NCBI GenBank assembly: GCA_004022145.1 | Contig: RCNU01000011.1 | Direction: 5' to 3' (one strand) | Length of the DNA stretch: 64,000 nt | DNA from: Paecilomyces variotii | Lineage: Eukaryota | Part shown: positions 49,322-62,228 of the stretch, one piece after another | Position numbering within the stretch: the stretch's first letter is position 1 | Layout: every line of letters starts with the position of its first letter | Made by a program: the position numbers and the translations under genes | Notes under the pieces: generated by a model | Databases searched by the model: none | Told to the model about the DNA's origin: nothing | The model's input: the letters and a program-made list of their open reading frames with translations, nothing else

Positions 49322-50296
49322 ATGATTCAAATCAGGTAGCAGTTTCCTGTGGCATTCATGATATACCTTTGCCCCTGGCTTCTGGTTCTGTATCATCTGC
49401 TTGAATTCTCTTATGTCCCCAGTACCCTCGACTGTTTGATGGTGTACTGGGAGCCGGGTTACGGTTATTTCGCATGCGGGCTTCTCTCTGTCCACCATGA
49501 GCCGCTTCCCAGCCTATGCTCCCCACGCACGGCTTCCCCCCTTCCCGCCATTAATGTCCACCCTGCCCATTACGTTTTTTCTTTGGTCAATCAATAGCAA
49601 ACGCGCTGATGGTCATGTCATGCTTACGATGTCTTGAGAAGATGATGGAATGATAGCCTACAATAGCTGTAGACACAAAAGATCTTTGATTACTTCCACA
49701 TTTAGTCCACCGTAGTTTCGTCGACTTCATTCTAGACCTCTATTACTTTGCTACTCTCACCGAAGATGTGAGAAAAGTGTAAGTGCGCTTCCTAAAGTCA
49801 TGGTCGTTTTATACCTTCATCATAGTCTTCTTCTACGCCCTCCCGTTCCAGCTTCCCAAGTCAGTCTTTTCTTTATAACTCAAGCATATAATCTAGTAAG
49901 TTCCAAGAATATCAGTGATAATAATGTATTAACGTCTCATATGTCGACCAATTGTTAAGTACTCTTAATACAAAAGTCACTGTGCATACTCCCGAAATAT
50001 CCACAGATCAATTCCTAGAATGTCTAAGAGACTTCGAGAAAGAAGAAAAAAAGGGCTTCTTGTATGGTCACTTGAAACGATCCTGGCTTTCGTTTGATGT
50101 ACGTACAAATGGGGAAAAGGAATCCTTCAGAACGAACAAACAAGACAGATTTGCTGCTAAGTGGTATCAGGGAGAAAGCGAGACATGACATGCAACGTGA
50201 CAACTACTAATAATAAGATGTCTTGTATGAATGATCTAGTGGTTTGCTATTAGTAACTGGGAATAGTGTCGGATGAAAAGTACCTGCGGTTCGAAG

Positions 50297-52447
50297 TTAC
50301 CGCGGAGCTTTTCCCGGGGAGACAGTTAAGGACTCCTCGAGTCTATCGAGGAGGAAGTTTTCAGAGCTGCTTGAAGGTGCAGGAGACGCGGAACCATCAC
50401 ATACAGCGTCGACGTCGAGGATTGGGTTATTGTTATTATTATTATTGTTGTTGGTGATGGTGGTTTGCTTTGCGTCCTCGTCGAGTTGCTTCTCAGATGC
50501 AGTTGTTGCTGTAGTGTTCTTCTTCTTCTTCTCCTTGGTAGGGTTCTGTTTGGCTTGTTGCTTGACGGGCTGCTGCGCGGCTTTCTTCGCTGCTTTTGCT
50601 GCAGCTTTCCTTTCCCTCTTTCGAGCTGCTGCTGCTGCCTTTCTTTCCTCCTTGCGAGCCTTTTTCCGCTCGCCCTTGGTCATGGGTGCCCCATCTACCA
50701 GAGCTGCAGGAGCAGTGTCCGGGTCAGGACCCTCTGAGAGATCTGAGACGTTGTCTTCAATATCGTGTATTTCAGTCGGCTCATTGCAAATGATGTCATC
50801 TCCGGGTCCCAGATTTCCAAATTCTTTCTGCTTCCTTCTGCTCTTCCAGTGCTTGAACACCTGGCTGACGTCTTCATACTGCGCTAGGATCTCTAGCTTC
50901 TTGAGAACGACATCGAGGATATGAGTCTCGTCCACAGCTGGGTCATTCGTGAATTCGGGTACCTCGAGGATATTGTATGGTTGACCAGCGGCTTTCAATA
51001 TGCTATCATCGATGAGGACCGTATTTGACTGGTCCCAGCGTGTCTTCTGGATAGGCGTATCTGGTTTATTGCCGTTTCCTTTGCGGATGATTGGAACACC
51101 AGTTGGGTATTGCGCTTGGATGCTCTTGTCCCCCCACACTTTGTCGAGTACTTTGTAAACCTGGATCTTTTCTTTGTACTGAGATTGTGTGAGTCCGAAC
51201 TTGTCACGACCCCATTCCGCGACCAGCGCGGCTCTCATCTCGCTGGGGAACAGCTGGGCGCAGACAGCTTTCACCGTGACAGGCTGGGAGCTAGACCAGA
51301 TCATCACTTTGTGTTTTGCGAATATTGATGTCAGAAAGGCATCCAGGCCATGTCGTTTAGCGAACGAGGGCGGTAGACGGCGATGACGTCGATAGATCAA
51401 AGTCCCGTTAAGATCAAGGATAATCAGGAGAGGTTGCCCGGAGGCTAGACGTCTAGGAGGCCTGGAAGCTTGCTGCATGTACTCTTTCGTGGGCACCGGG
51501 GCCACAAGGGGACGTGGTCCTCTGAGCTGTTGTGGTGTTGCATGACGAGCGTTGTTCCTAGCATTTGGAAATCTGGACGTATCACCCCCAGCTGGCGCAT
51601 CTGGGTGAGTGTATGCTCCAGAGGGTAGGACCTCCAGGCTTTGGGAGTTGATTTTATTTTGCTGACCGAAGACATCCATGAAAGCAGCTGCAGATGCAAG
51701 AGCTACTAGATCAGAACCAGTAGGGACAGGGACATTTCCTAGAGGAGGGATGCCAAAGAGATTATACCCCACCCCGTAATGTACTGATGGCGGTTGGTGT
51801 TGTTGTTGTTGCTGCTGTTGACTGTGCAACTGTTGCTGAAACGGCGGGGCGTAGGGGTTTGGCACGTTAATCTGGCTTGGGAGGGGTGACCAATAAGAAT
51901 TATGAATGCCAGTGTTATTCACATCGTAAAGAGGAGAATTCTGATGGACACATCCGGGACTCAAACCGGATACCCCCGCATGCTGCCAATGTAACTGCTG
52001 GTCTGGAACCACATTCGAGTGACCAGATGAAGGCTGGTAGGGCGGAAAACTTGAATGCGTCTGACCATCACCATTCATAGGAATACCAGACTCGCGCTGT
52101 ATTTCCTGTTGGCCATCACTCGCAGGATACTGATATGCAGCGGCACTTTCACTGGCGTGATTTTGCGACTGATAATTTTGCGCCCCCGTCGCAGACACAG
52201 GCTTCCAGCGGTCCCGAAACGGCCTCCAGCAGCCTCTGTAATTGTTCACTTCATCCTCCTGAGCGGATTCGATATTAGGTCCATTCGGATTCTGCACGTC
52301 GATGTGGCCGCGCGCTTGCTGTCTATTCATCGCCTGTGACTTTCCAGGACTGCGCTTTTGTCGCTTCTCCGGTTGCGCATGTTCCACGCGCCGCGTGGAG
52401 TAATGGCTTGCTGATAACTGCTGCTTGGATCGCAAATGAGCATACAT
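50297..52447 (-). CDS. NIF/FCP1-like HAD-superfamily domain protein
   Basis: LIILDLNGTL, VMIWSSSQP, WDQSNTVLIDDS; low-complexity Q/N-rich N-terminus and K-rich C-terminus. Start codon uncertain. Confidence 0.8.
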   Translation of the reverse strand: MYAHLRSKQQLSASHYSTRRVEHAQPEKRQKRSPGKSQAMNRQQARGHIDVQNPNGPNIESAQEDEVNNYRGCWRPFRDRWKPVSATGAQNYQSQNHASESAAAYQYPASDGQQEIQRESGIPMNGDGQTHSSFPPYQPSSGHSNVVPDQQLHWQHAGVSGLSPGCVHQNSPLYDVNNTGIHNSYWSPLPSQINVPNPYAPPFQQQLHSQQQQQQQHQPPSVHYGVGYNLFGIPPLGNVPVPTGSDLVALASAAAFMDVFGQQNKINSQSLEVLPSGAYTHPDAPAGGDTSRFPNARNNARHATPQQLRGPRPLVAPVPTKEYMQQASRPPRRLASGQPLLIILDLNGTLIYRRHRRLPPSFAKRHGLDAFLTSIFAKHKVMIWSSSQPVTVKAVCAQLFPSEMRAALVAEWGRDKFGLTQSQYKEKIQVYKVLDKVWGDKSIQAQYPTGVPIIRKGNGNKPDTPIQKTRWDQSNTVLIDDSILKAAGQPYNILEVPEFTNDPAVDETHILDVVLKKLEILAQYEDVSQVFKHWKSRRKQKEFGNLGPGDDIICNEPTEIHDIEDNVSDLSEGPDPDTAPAALVDGAPMTKGERKKARKEERKAAAAARKRERKAAAKAAKKAAQQPVKQQAKQNPTKEKKKKNTTATTASEKQLDEDAKQTTITNNNNNNNNNPILDVDAVCDGSASPAPSSSSENFLLDRLEESLTVSPGKAPR

Positions 52448-52993
52448 TTCCGAAATAGTTATCCCAACTTGCTAGATATTTCTCGACAGAGAGTATTTAC
52501 CTTATTCGCTCCCTCGAACATTCGACAAGAGAGTGTGGATCTCCAGACGGGGAGATCAGTAGGGAGCGTAAGCAAGGAAAAAAAAGACTGAGACCTCCGT
52601 CTGTAGGACATAAATCAGACCTCGCTGTAGACTCCGAACGAGACAGAGCCCAGCGATTGAAGAGAACGAATCGATAGTTTCTTTCCAGACACCGCGGAGG
52701 CGAATAGTTTAGTTTATCTCGAAAGTCCCTCCCAAAGTTTCCCGCCCAGGCGGACAGCGGAGCGGAACCAATGATTTATCGTCTTTTGAGACACCGCCTC
52801 CAGGAACGGCAGTATCTTAATTTTCCCACTTCACCGCCGTGGTTTATCTGCGATCTGCCAGATCCTTCATTGCGCTGCTCTGTTGCGGGGAAATCTTTGT
52901 ACAGAAGGCACTTGTCAAGGTGATTACTTGTTCTTTGTGAAATTCTCGAAAGGAGGAGACTCTTCACGACGTACTCCCCGCAATATCTTCCCC

Positions 52994-54129
52994 ATGGGCC
53001 TTTCAGACGCCCTCAACCGGCGCGTTCGGGCGCGGCCGCAAGAAGATGAAGAGATCTACTCAGAGCTTTCGGCATCTGACGAATCGGGTGAAGAAGTCTC
53101 TGGATCAGAAGAAGAGGCAGACGGTACAGATCTGTCAGATGCAGGATCAGAAGATGACGAGGATGACGCCTCCCAGGCTGAGGACGATAAGGTACGTATC
53201 GATCATCAATTTCTGCTTTACGGCGGGGTACTAACTCTACGGTACAGTCAGACAATGACTCCGGTGACGAAGACGAAGACGAAGTTGAAGAAGGCGAAGA
53301 AGAAGAAGAAGAAGAGGACATCCAATCGACCCTAAACAACATCTCCTTCGGCGCCCTCGCCAAAGCACAAGATTCCTTCGGAAAGCGCAAAAAATCATCC
53401 GACACGACAACCAAACCGTCCAATACAAGCTCCACAGTTGAAGAAATCCGCGCTCGACTGCGCGAAGCGCGAGAAAAGAAACTCAAAGAATCTTCCAATT
53501 CCAATGGGAAAGATGCCTCGAAACTCTCCCGCTCCTCCAAGCACGCACCTACAATACAATCGTCCAAACGTGCCGTATCGCGTAAGCGCATCGTTGTCGA
53601 AACTCCTGCGACTGCTCAACCTCGCGATCCGCGCTTCGATCCAACCGTCCTCTCGAACAGCGGCGCAAGAAGTAACCCCAACGCTGCGAATAAAGCCTAC
53701 TCTTTCCTAGACGAATATCGCGCCTCGGAACTCAAGGAACTCAAGCAACAACTTGCCAAGACAAAGAATCCTGCACAGAAGGAGGAATTGAAACGTAGGA
53801 TCCGCTCTACGTCCGACCGACTACGGGCTATCGAGGATAAGAAGCGCGAACAGGAGATCGTTGCGGAGCACAAGAAGCGCGAGAAAGAGCTTATCCGGGA
53901 AGGAAAGAAGAGCAAGCCTTATTTCCTCAAGAAGTCCGATATCAAGCGGGAGATGCTCAAGAAAAAGTACGAGGCGATGGGATCTCGGGAGAGGGCCAAG
54001 GCTCTGGAGAGGAAGAGGAAGAAGATTGCCGGCAAGGAGAGGAAGGAGATGCCGTGGGGTCGGAGGGGTATGGAGGCCGATACGGGGGCTGGTGGTGGAG
54101 GTGGAAAGAGAAGGAGGACAGAGGAATAA
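52994..54129 (+). CDS. RRP36: rRNA biogenesis protein Rrp36, 2 exons
   Basis: Acidic N-terminus, ISFGALAKAQ, SKHAPTIQSSKRAVSRKR, RDPRFD, AYSFLDEYRASE, KPYFLKKS. Confidence 0.9.
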
Positions 54130-55093
54130 TTATCCTTCTTCCTTGTCTTTTTCGTATTTCCGGCGTTGTCTATTTCTTTCGCATGGTCTTTCTATATGAC
54201 AGTTCAACCTATCCCTCAAGTAGGTAGGGGTTACGAGTTCTTCAAGGTCTTCCTACACCACTACTAGAACCGGTAGTTATACATGTACGGATAATAGCCT
54301 ACATATTCCCATCCAATTACGATGGAAAATAAAGATACAAGCACAACTAAACCAGCCAACGATCTTTGATTAATCTCTGTCGAGCCTACTTTTATCGGAC
54401 CTCTACAGAAGAACCGACCAAGCATATATGCCACGCCTGGAGAACGGATCCAGTATAGATAGAATAAGCAGCAGAAAGGCTATAAAACACAAAAGCACGT
54501 CAACCAATGCGCACGAGCAGAATCCACTGCTGAAGAATAGACTATCCTCTCCACTGTGGGAGAAGTATTAAACGCGGCAACTCAACGCCGCTAATCAATC
54601 GCAAAACGAAGGTCCCGTAAGACTGAGAAGCAGATTGCATCGGTCCTAGACACCCTTCAAATCCCTATTCCTCTCAAAAGGAAACGTGTTTAAGAGGTCA
54701 CATAAACCACTTCGCACGAGAATGTAGAAAATAGTTTCAACAGAGAAAGGGGGCATCAATGTAAGTAAAAAGAATAATATCAAGGGAATCACTACAGGAT
54801 TCCCTTTCGATGGTTGAATGTTCATGCTGTTCCCATAATGTTCGTTGCCCTTCGCGTTCATCATATGCCCAATTATGAAATGTAAGTAATGCCAGTGCCG
54901 TTACCCAATGCAAGACACAGCTTCCATTCCTAGCCAAATAGCGCGCAAGAATGCTGTATCACTATAATACCGCTTTTCCACAGCTAAAACGCGCTCACGG
55001 ATCTTTCTTGAGTGTCCCTAGAAACCGCAAGACAGACAAGAAGTCCGGTGAGCTCGATCTCTGCGGTGAAAGCGGAGAATGAGAAGAAGAAAA

Positions 55094-56529
55094 CTAAGAA
55101 TGGAATAGATCCCAAGCTCGTGAGCAGAGACTCAAGAATTCTTCCTTCTTTCTTCGCTGTGTCTCTGGTGAGTCCCTTCCGGCCCCGAATGGACCATAGT
55201 ATGCGGAAACGGGAGGGCCACCAGTCGCAGGGCCATTCCTGTAGCGCGTATCTGGGCCGTTCCCAAGAGGAGGGCTTCCGTTGTCCTGTTCATATTCGCT
55301 CCTGGGACGCCGCCGCGATGTACCATGACCAGCGCTTGAAATGGAATTTACGCGCTCACTCGACGGAGCGGTAGCGCTGGCGTGCTGTGCATCCTTGGAT
55401 CCAGTATGGACCAATGGAGATGGGGGAGTTGGAGGTTGATGACCACCATAGTGCACTATCCGCGGTAACAGCTCTTCCCGGCCTCCTGCGAGTTCGTGTA
55501 CAGCCTCCTCAGCTGAACGGTATTCGCGCGGTCGCTTTGGCATCTGGGACGGTGATGGTAGTCGAGGAAGACCGTTCGATTGCGATGGTGTTGTGCCAGA
55601 AGGGTGATGGCGATCACGGGGTCCCAAGGCATCTGATCCGAAAACGTCAGAGATCGGAGGCAGACGGTTGTTCGTCTGGTTTGCAGGAGCATGGTGAATA
55701 TGCGACGAAGACAGGCTAGGGATCTGATGAGAAACGTGACGAGTAAGAGTCTGAGGCTGGTGCCGGCCAGTGAAGGTTTGGTTAAGAGGAGCAGACTGGA
55801 TCACTCGCTCATGCGCAAATTGCGACGCGGGGGGTGCCACGATAGACAAGCCAGGCGGTCGCTTCTTCGAGGACTTCGGGCCAGAACCAAACAGGTTTGA
55901 TTCGGACGGTTTCACCCCGTCTGGACCGTCGCCCTTGGCTGTCTTCTGCAGTCTCGACTCAATTATCGATCTTTGTTGGTCTCTCACACTGATACTGCGC
56001 TGTAGCTGTTCCCTCATAGCAGGGTCGTGCGTCTGAAATCCTGGAGAGAGACATGCGATTCCAACTTCCTGGATCCCCATGGGTTCTCGTGCAGTCATAG
56101 GACCTCCGGGTGCACGAGCACTCAATCCGCTGCTGGCTGGTAGGCTAGCGGAAAGGTCAAGTTTGCGCGGACGATGTCTCGAATTTGTCTGCAGGCTAGG
56201 CGACGACGGGGGTTCCTTCTTCACCACGATCTTTGGGGCATTTGCTCCGCTTTGTACGCTATCATCAGTCAGTTAGACAAAGCCCTGGGAATGGCACCGA
56301 GGCAGATTTTTGAGTCCACTCACGACTGGGGAGAGCGTTTCCGGTCAGACGGGGAATTCTTCTTAGCAGAGCCATCCTGAGAGGCTGTAGACATTCTGGA
56401 CGGAGTAGAAACAGACGGCGCTGTTGACATTGATGGAGCCAAGGCGGGGTAATTCTTGGGACTTTGATCCCGATCGACGTGGTGTGCTGTCAGAGGTGCC
56501 GCCGTGGCAGGAGCAACTACTGTGGTCAT
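55094..56529 (-). CDS. Hypothetical low-complexity protein, 2 exons
   Basis: MTTVVAP start; intron 56323-56259 keeps frame; motif-like blocks VGIACLSPGF...QLQRSISVRDQQRSIIE and terminal KKEEFLSLCSRAWDLFHS. Confidence 0.8.
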
Positions 56530-57805
56530 GCTGGAGTGAGAAATAAGTAGTCCCTGGGACTATATCCGTAATTCAATCGAGTCCAACTCGAAAGCAGCGT
56601 GATTGGAGTGGAAATGACAGAATCGCTCGAGCAAGTGTTCTGGACGTTGAATATGCGTGACCAATATAGCAGGATGCGCTGAGACTTCGAGTTGTCGGAC
56701 GCTTCCAATATAAAATCAAGACAGACCGATCGAGTATTCCTCGCAAGAAGACAAGCAGTCTGAGACTGTGTCGCACTTTTCTATAATATCTGCTGAACCC
56801 CCTTACAGGATCACTTTCGTTGGTGGGCTGTGTTCTTTGCACACCCTTGGAGCAACCAAGATCCCTTCTCCTCCGGCGGCGGTTACGCTTCAATGTGGAG
56901 GAAGCGCCGAGGCAACGAACAGCTGGATGGCAACGATGCACACAATACCAGGATGATTACTGGAAGGGTTGTATAGATGTCACCAACGGGCGGGTAACGG
57001 AGCGCGCAGAGTGGATGGAGGCTGCAGGGGAACGTCCGTGATGACGGCGGTTAAAGTACGGCCGGGCGGCAAAGTGAGAGAGTCGAGAGAATCGACCAGC
57101 TTGACTGACCCAGAACAAGAAGCGAGAGAAATGGATCTAAGTCTGAGAGAAGGGCCCAGCCGCCAGGTATTACAGCACGCCAGAACAAGGTCAAAAGAAC
57201 GGACAGCAGACCGGGGGGGGGAAGGGGTTTGGGGTCAGAGTTTCGAAAAGATGGGACTCGGGGAGCGAGATACAATTATAGCATCTCTGGTGTGAGAGAA
57301 GAGAGGGGGGAAGAATAAGCTGTGGTCTTCCTGGGGCCCTTTTTGGGGCTGTCCTGTCAGCACAGGGAGGGGAGAGGACCGGATCCCGATAACTAGTGTA
57401 GTGACGGGGCTGGTGGAGAGACAAAGGGACAAGACACGACACGTCCGTGATGTCCCATTGGGGCAGCACAATAATGGAATATGTTCATCATTGATCAGGG
57501 TCTTCTTCTTTTTTTTTTTCTCTCAACCCATGGGGTGGCGCCCGACAAGGAGACACGCCAAGTGCAGCAGCAGAAACACCGGCAGCCGCAGCCCGCGGAC
57601 ACTTGGCTTGGATCGGATGCTGAGACATGGGAGATCCTCAGCGCCGGGTCGTATGGATCTCAAGTCGCTAACTAGGAGTATTATTGTCTCTACCGCGATC
57701 CAAAGAATAATGGCAGCTAGTTAGTCTATCGTCTAACTCTCTGGATGATGAACTACTCTCTGAAGTCTGAACCGTTTGGCTGACCACCTCACCTCCCCAA
57801 TGAAG

Positions 57806-57850
57806 CTATCTATCTATCTATCTATCCATCTATCCATCCATCCATCTATC
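57806..57850. repeat. (CTAT/CCAT)n compound microsatellite
   Basis: ctatctatctatctatctatccatctatccatccatccatctatc. Confidence 0.8.
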
Positions 57851-60800
57851 CCGATCACCGCACGAACACGCCCTTCCTTCTCCTCGTGCCTATCAACCTC
57901 ATGGGCCAGAACGAGCTTCAGACGAACGACGATCGAACCAACGCAAACCCCCCGCGCGGCTCCTCAATTCCGAACGACGGTGTCATAGCTCCTTGGCTGC
58001 TTGGCCCAGTCGAGAGTCGAGAGAGGATCACAAGATTTGATTGTCGGTTTGAAGAATCGATAGTCTGAGAACCCCACTGGGGGCCACAATCCAGTTGAAC
58101 CTCGATCGGACGGCGGCAGGGCCGTGCAGACCAACTCCTGTGGCAAACCTGCGACACCAGCGCCCTCACCATCGACGCTGGTCGGCCTCTACCATGGTCT
58201 GACGCTGTCCTTTTCAAGTCAGCCCTCTGCTCAGAGTTTTGGACCGGTCAATCCCTGCCATTTCCTGGAGATCCAACCACCTGTGTCAGAGTGTCAACAG
58301 TATCTACTCTAGTCTAGCCCCAAGTGTCTCGCAGCCGGAGGAGTGAACTGTGCGGCGCAGGAGGCCCTCTTGACTGGATCGGGAGCCCACGCTGCATTTT
58401 AGCGACGGCGGGTTATAGATCCAAGTCGCAGTCCTCCAAACCCATCCATCCATCATTCTCCAGGTGGATCGGCCTTTGCGAGCAGTCGCATTGTGACATG
58501 CCTCTTTGGCCTCGGCCGTAACATCGCCCGCCAGCATTCCCTTCAAAAGACTGCCCGTAGCACTATTTGCTCCTCAGGCATGTAGGGAGTTCGGCCTGAT
58601 ACATCCATTCTTCTGACCCGCATCGTTTTGACACTCCGAAACAGTGCGCGACTGAGAGAGCCATATCTACGGAGTAGACACAATAATAATAATTAAACCC
58701 AGGTTACGATCGCGGGCCTCTCTGGGGCTCGTTCAAGGGTACCTTTTCGGATCGTAGCGCGAGCTACAACGTACTAGCAATCCAGTGCAGACGCCCGTAT
58801 TCTACTGAACACCATTCAAAACTTGTTCGTCCTCAAATTAGGCGGCGGCCCCTGCTTCTGTTGCGCTCTCCCGGAACCAACCTCCAGGGAAGCTTCCACT
58901 ATCACGCAACGCAACAGCAGGTTTCATACATTTATTTCAGAAAAGAGCTTGGCGTAATGCGATTTGGTTGCTCTAGACTATACAAAGTAAATGCTGTTAT
59001 ACGGACATGACACTGGGTATTCACTGCATGGAGTAGTAGTTACAAGTGGAAAAGCGAAGATCCAGCTGCTCGGTTGGCCTGTCTGTTTCATGTACGTGGG
59101 CTCTTCCAGTGCACAGTCCACCTTCATTCGAATATTTTCGGTAGATTTGCAGCACATCGCAAGGCACGGACCTTAATGAAACGGATTAAGGCTTATCTGC
59201 AACAGCCTACGGAGTACGGAGTAGTAGTCACTACTGCGGCTACTACGCTTGAGCCCTTTCCCCAAAATGTCCATTATTATATGTATTTTGCAGGACAATA
59301 ATGGATGGAAATAATATGTTCAACGGCTCAGCATGAATATCGCATTGAGCAGCCTACATCCCCGGGACCCGTGTCACAATTCTTTTCTTAAACCCAGCCT
59401 GGTTTGCGACGGAAACTGTCACGCGTCATTTCTTTCCCCCGAAAGAGTCAATGATGGGATGATCCCCCCCCGTCTCTACTGTGTAACTCCACGAGGCAAT
59501 CGTGCCAGGACCAGGAAATGGGATGCTATACTGGAAGTCCATTGCGACCTGAGCACGATAGCGTGGACCGGCTTACAAGGACATCGACGAGGCCAAAAAT
59601 CTGGGCAGCCGCCAGCGCAAGTGCTTTGTAAAAGAGCACCATCATCATGATCATCTTAACTAGGCACGTCTCGTCACTCCGGTGATCTCGCCTATTCGTC
59701 GATATCCCTGTCCAGGGTTACAAGCGCCCTGGTTCTTCGGGTGGGAGCCTTACAAAGATATTACGACTGAGAGGAGAAACGCACGGAGATAGATGCATGA
59801 CACTATTTCTTTTTGAGATCAGAACATCGGCAGGTCCAGAAGCCCTTTCTGACTGAATCTTGGGGGATTCTGGCAGCACGCTTTGCCCTATGGCCTAGAA
59901 CCACACACAAAAAGGTGCGCCATTGACGGAACCTATCGCGCGCGGACACGGTAACCTGCGATTTGGGGCCCATATCACCAACACGAACTGCCACCATGTG
60001 GGCATTTCATCCAGTTTGATTCTCGTTAGGATCAGGTTCGAGGGTACTATTCAAGTAATATGTAATATGTAGACTGCACGGTCGCCGTCTTATCGAATAA
60101 CTAACGCGTCGTTGAGTACGAGACGTCACACAAAGGGTCCTACTCAAGTTACAATTTACAACCCATCACACCTGGTGTCGACTCGCCAAATGACGATCAT
60201 CGTTATTCACATCGTATGAATTGGTATCTCAACCGCCATGGCCTATAATGGAAAATGCTTCTTCGACTCCTTGGTTCTTTTGCGGCGTATTGTAGTCTCC
60301 TGCGGCGCTTCTGCCTGGACAGGCCATTCTAATTGTCCATTCTACACTGCTGGCACATAAGTGTCTGGTCCCACCAGACATCGTTCTATAGCGAAGGAGT
60401 ATACCTTGAAGCATCCTTACCCAGAATGGAGTGCGTTGACGCCGTAACATCGACCAGGCGATGGGGCTCATACGACCAACCAAACCAACGATTCTGGTGT
60501 TTGTGGTTGAATCCCGAGAATTCGGAAAATGATGATCTATCTCTCCATTGAACTAGCAGGAAGCTTCTCTAGATACGAGAACTAAACATCTCAGGTCAAT
60601 GCTCAAACACGTGGCTAACCGCCCGCCGTCTCTCCCGGGCTCATTTCTTAGGTGCCGCGCACTACATAATCTACCAGCTACGAGTTGCTTGCCAAGTGAG
60701 GCTTCCCTGTCCACGTTCAGATGGCATCTGATCTGATCAGGATGCTCTCTTTATGCCTGGCATTATTATCCAGCACCGTTCAAAAGTAATCGCCAATCGT

Positions 60801-61988
60801 GCCATTTCCTGAACAAGCCAACAGTTAATCTGCAAGTACAGTATTCACCACGACATCCTTATCGATTGGTCTGCAAGAAAATTGTTTAATTACGGAAAAA
60901 ATCTCATTCGGCCAGCAGAGTAGACACAGCCGATCCCATGACCTCACAATTCTGCATTCAAGCAACTAGATACTCGTGGAAGAGGAATCGATTCGTGACA
61001 CATTTCCCGATGATCTCCAGAGGGATTATACCCCGATGCCTCCAATGCCCCCATATTATTAAACTTAATTTGGTGCACGTTACTATCGAGATCTCAAACG
61101 ACGGCTCCATTCGGCCCGTTGTAGGTAGTGTAGCACGAAGAATATGGAAATCTTCGGAGTTAGTATTCTTTTTTGAATTTTGTCTGTGCTACCTGTCAGC
61201 GGGCTGTGGCTTTACTCCATACGAGTTTCTTCTCTGTTCAATAATTCACAAATGGCTCCCACTCACACCTCTTCCTGGTAAAGCGGCACTGTCAGAGGGA
61301 TCCCAGCTAAAAAAAGCCTGATCATCCAAGAGAAGACGAAAGGAAGGGGAACAGAAAAACAAAAAAGGGGGCGCAAGTGCCAACATGATGATCACTTTAG
61401 GCTTACTCGGGTTACTTAAGATCCCCACACTGTCAAAACAACCACATGGCAGATGAACAACGAAGCCGTTGATGCCTCCTTGTCAGACTCTTTTTTTTCT
61501 CCGCAATGGCATCATCAATGGGGGTCCTCAAGGGTTCCCAAGACTCAGAACCAGTTCGAAAAAGAAACAGGAAAAAAAAAAGTAGCGTGAAACTCGGCCG
61601 TCTAAAAAATTAGGATCCAGCTTTTCGGGTGAGTCTTTTTCTTCTATCTAACTCACTCTAACTATTATTATTGTTCCTTTCTATCTATACTTAGTTACTG
61701 TAGTCTATCAGTTACTTACTCTACCCACTAACCCGTAGTTACTCAACTCTTTTCTTACTTGGAACTACTCCATATTCTGCCGCGTTGAGCCCCATCCCGT
61801 TCCCGTCTCTCCCCATTCTTCGTCCGTCCCCAGCAGTCTGGTTTCAACGATGACTAGTTAGTCGATCAATAACGGATGGAGATGGCGGCCACTGCCGGAA
61901 CCTGGAAGACAATCAATCAATAGTGGACCTTCCGCAATAGTAATAATAATGACGACAAAGAGGCCGTCTGAACGGCTCAGGGACCCAT

Positions 61989-62228
61989 CTAGAAGTACTT
62001 TCGAAGTTTGGAGTAGTTCCTCAACAAGTTCCCGAGGTTCCAAGGTTCAGGATAGGCTTCTTCGTAATAGGGATAGTCGCAGCGGCTGATGATCAGGTGG
62101 AATTGCTTAGCATGGAAAGTAGTAACTAGTAGTCCGCCTACCCTTTGCTAGCCTTCTAAGACTGTGAGGCCGTTCGGGGGCCAAGAAGAGTTGTGGTTCT
62201 ATTCTGCTAATCCGGAGGTTGAAGACAT
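61989..62228 (-). pseudogene. Possible decayed ORF in a TA-rich tract
   Basis: MSSTSGLAE*NHNSSWPPNGLTVLEG*QRVGGLLVTTFHAKQFHLIISRCDYPYYEEAYPEPWNLGNLLRNYSKLRKYF*; all three stops are TAG. Confidence 0.3.

Noticed and set aside
48308..49498. 396-aa antisense ORF over EF-1gamma
   Set aside because: Shadow ORF expected from the strong codon bias of a highly expressed gene; other antisense ORFs over real genes were dismissed likewise.
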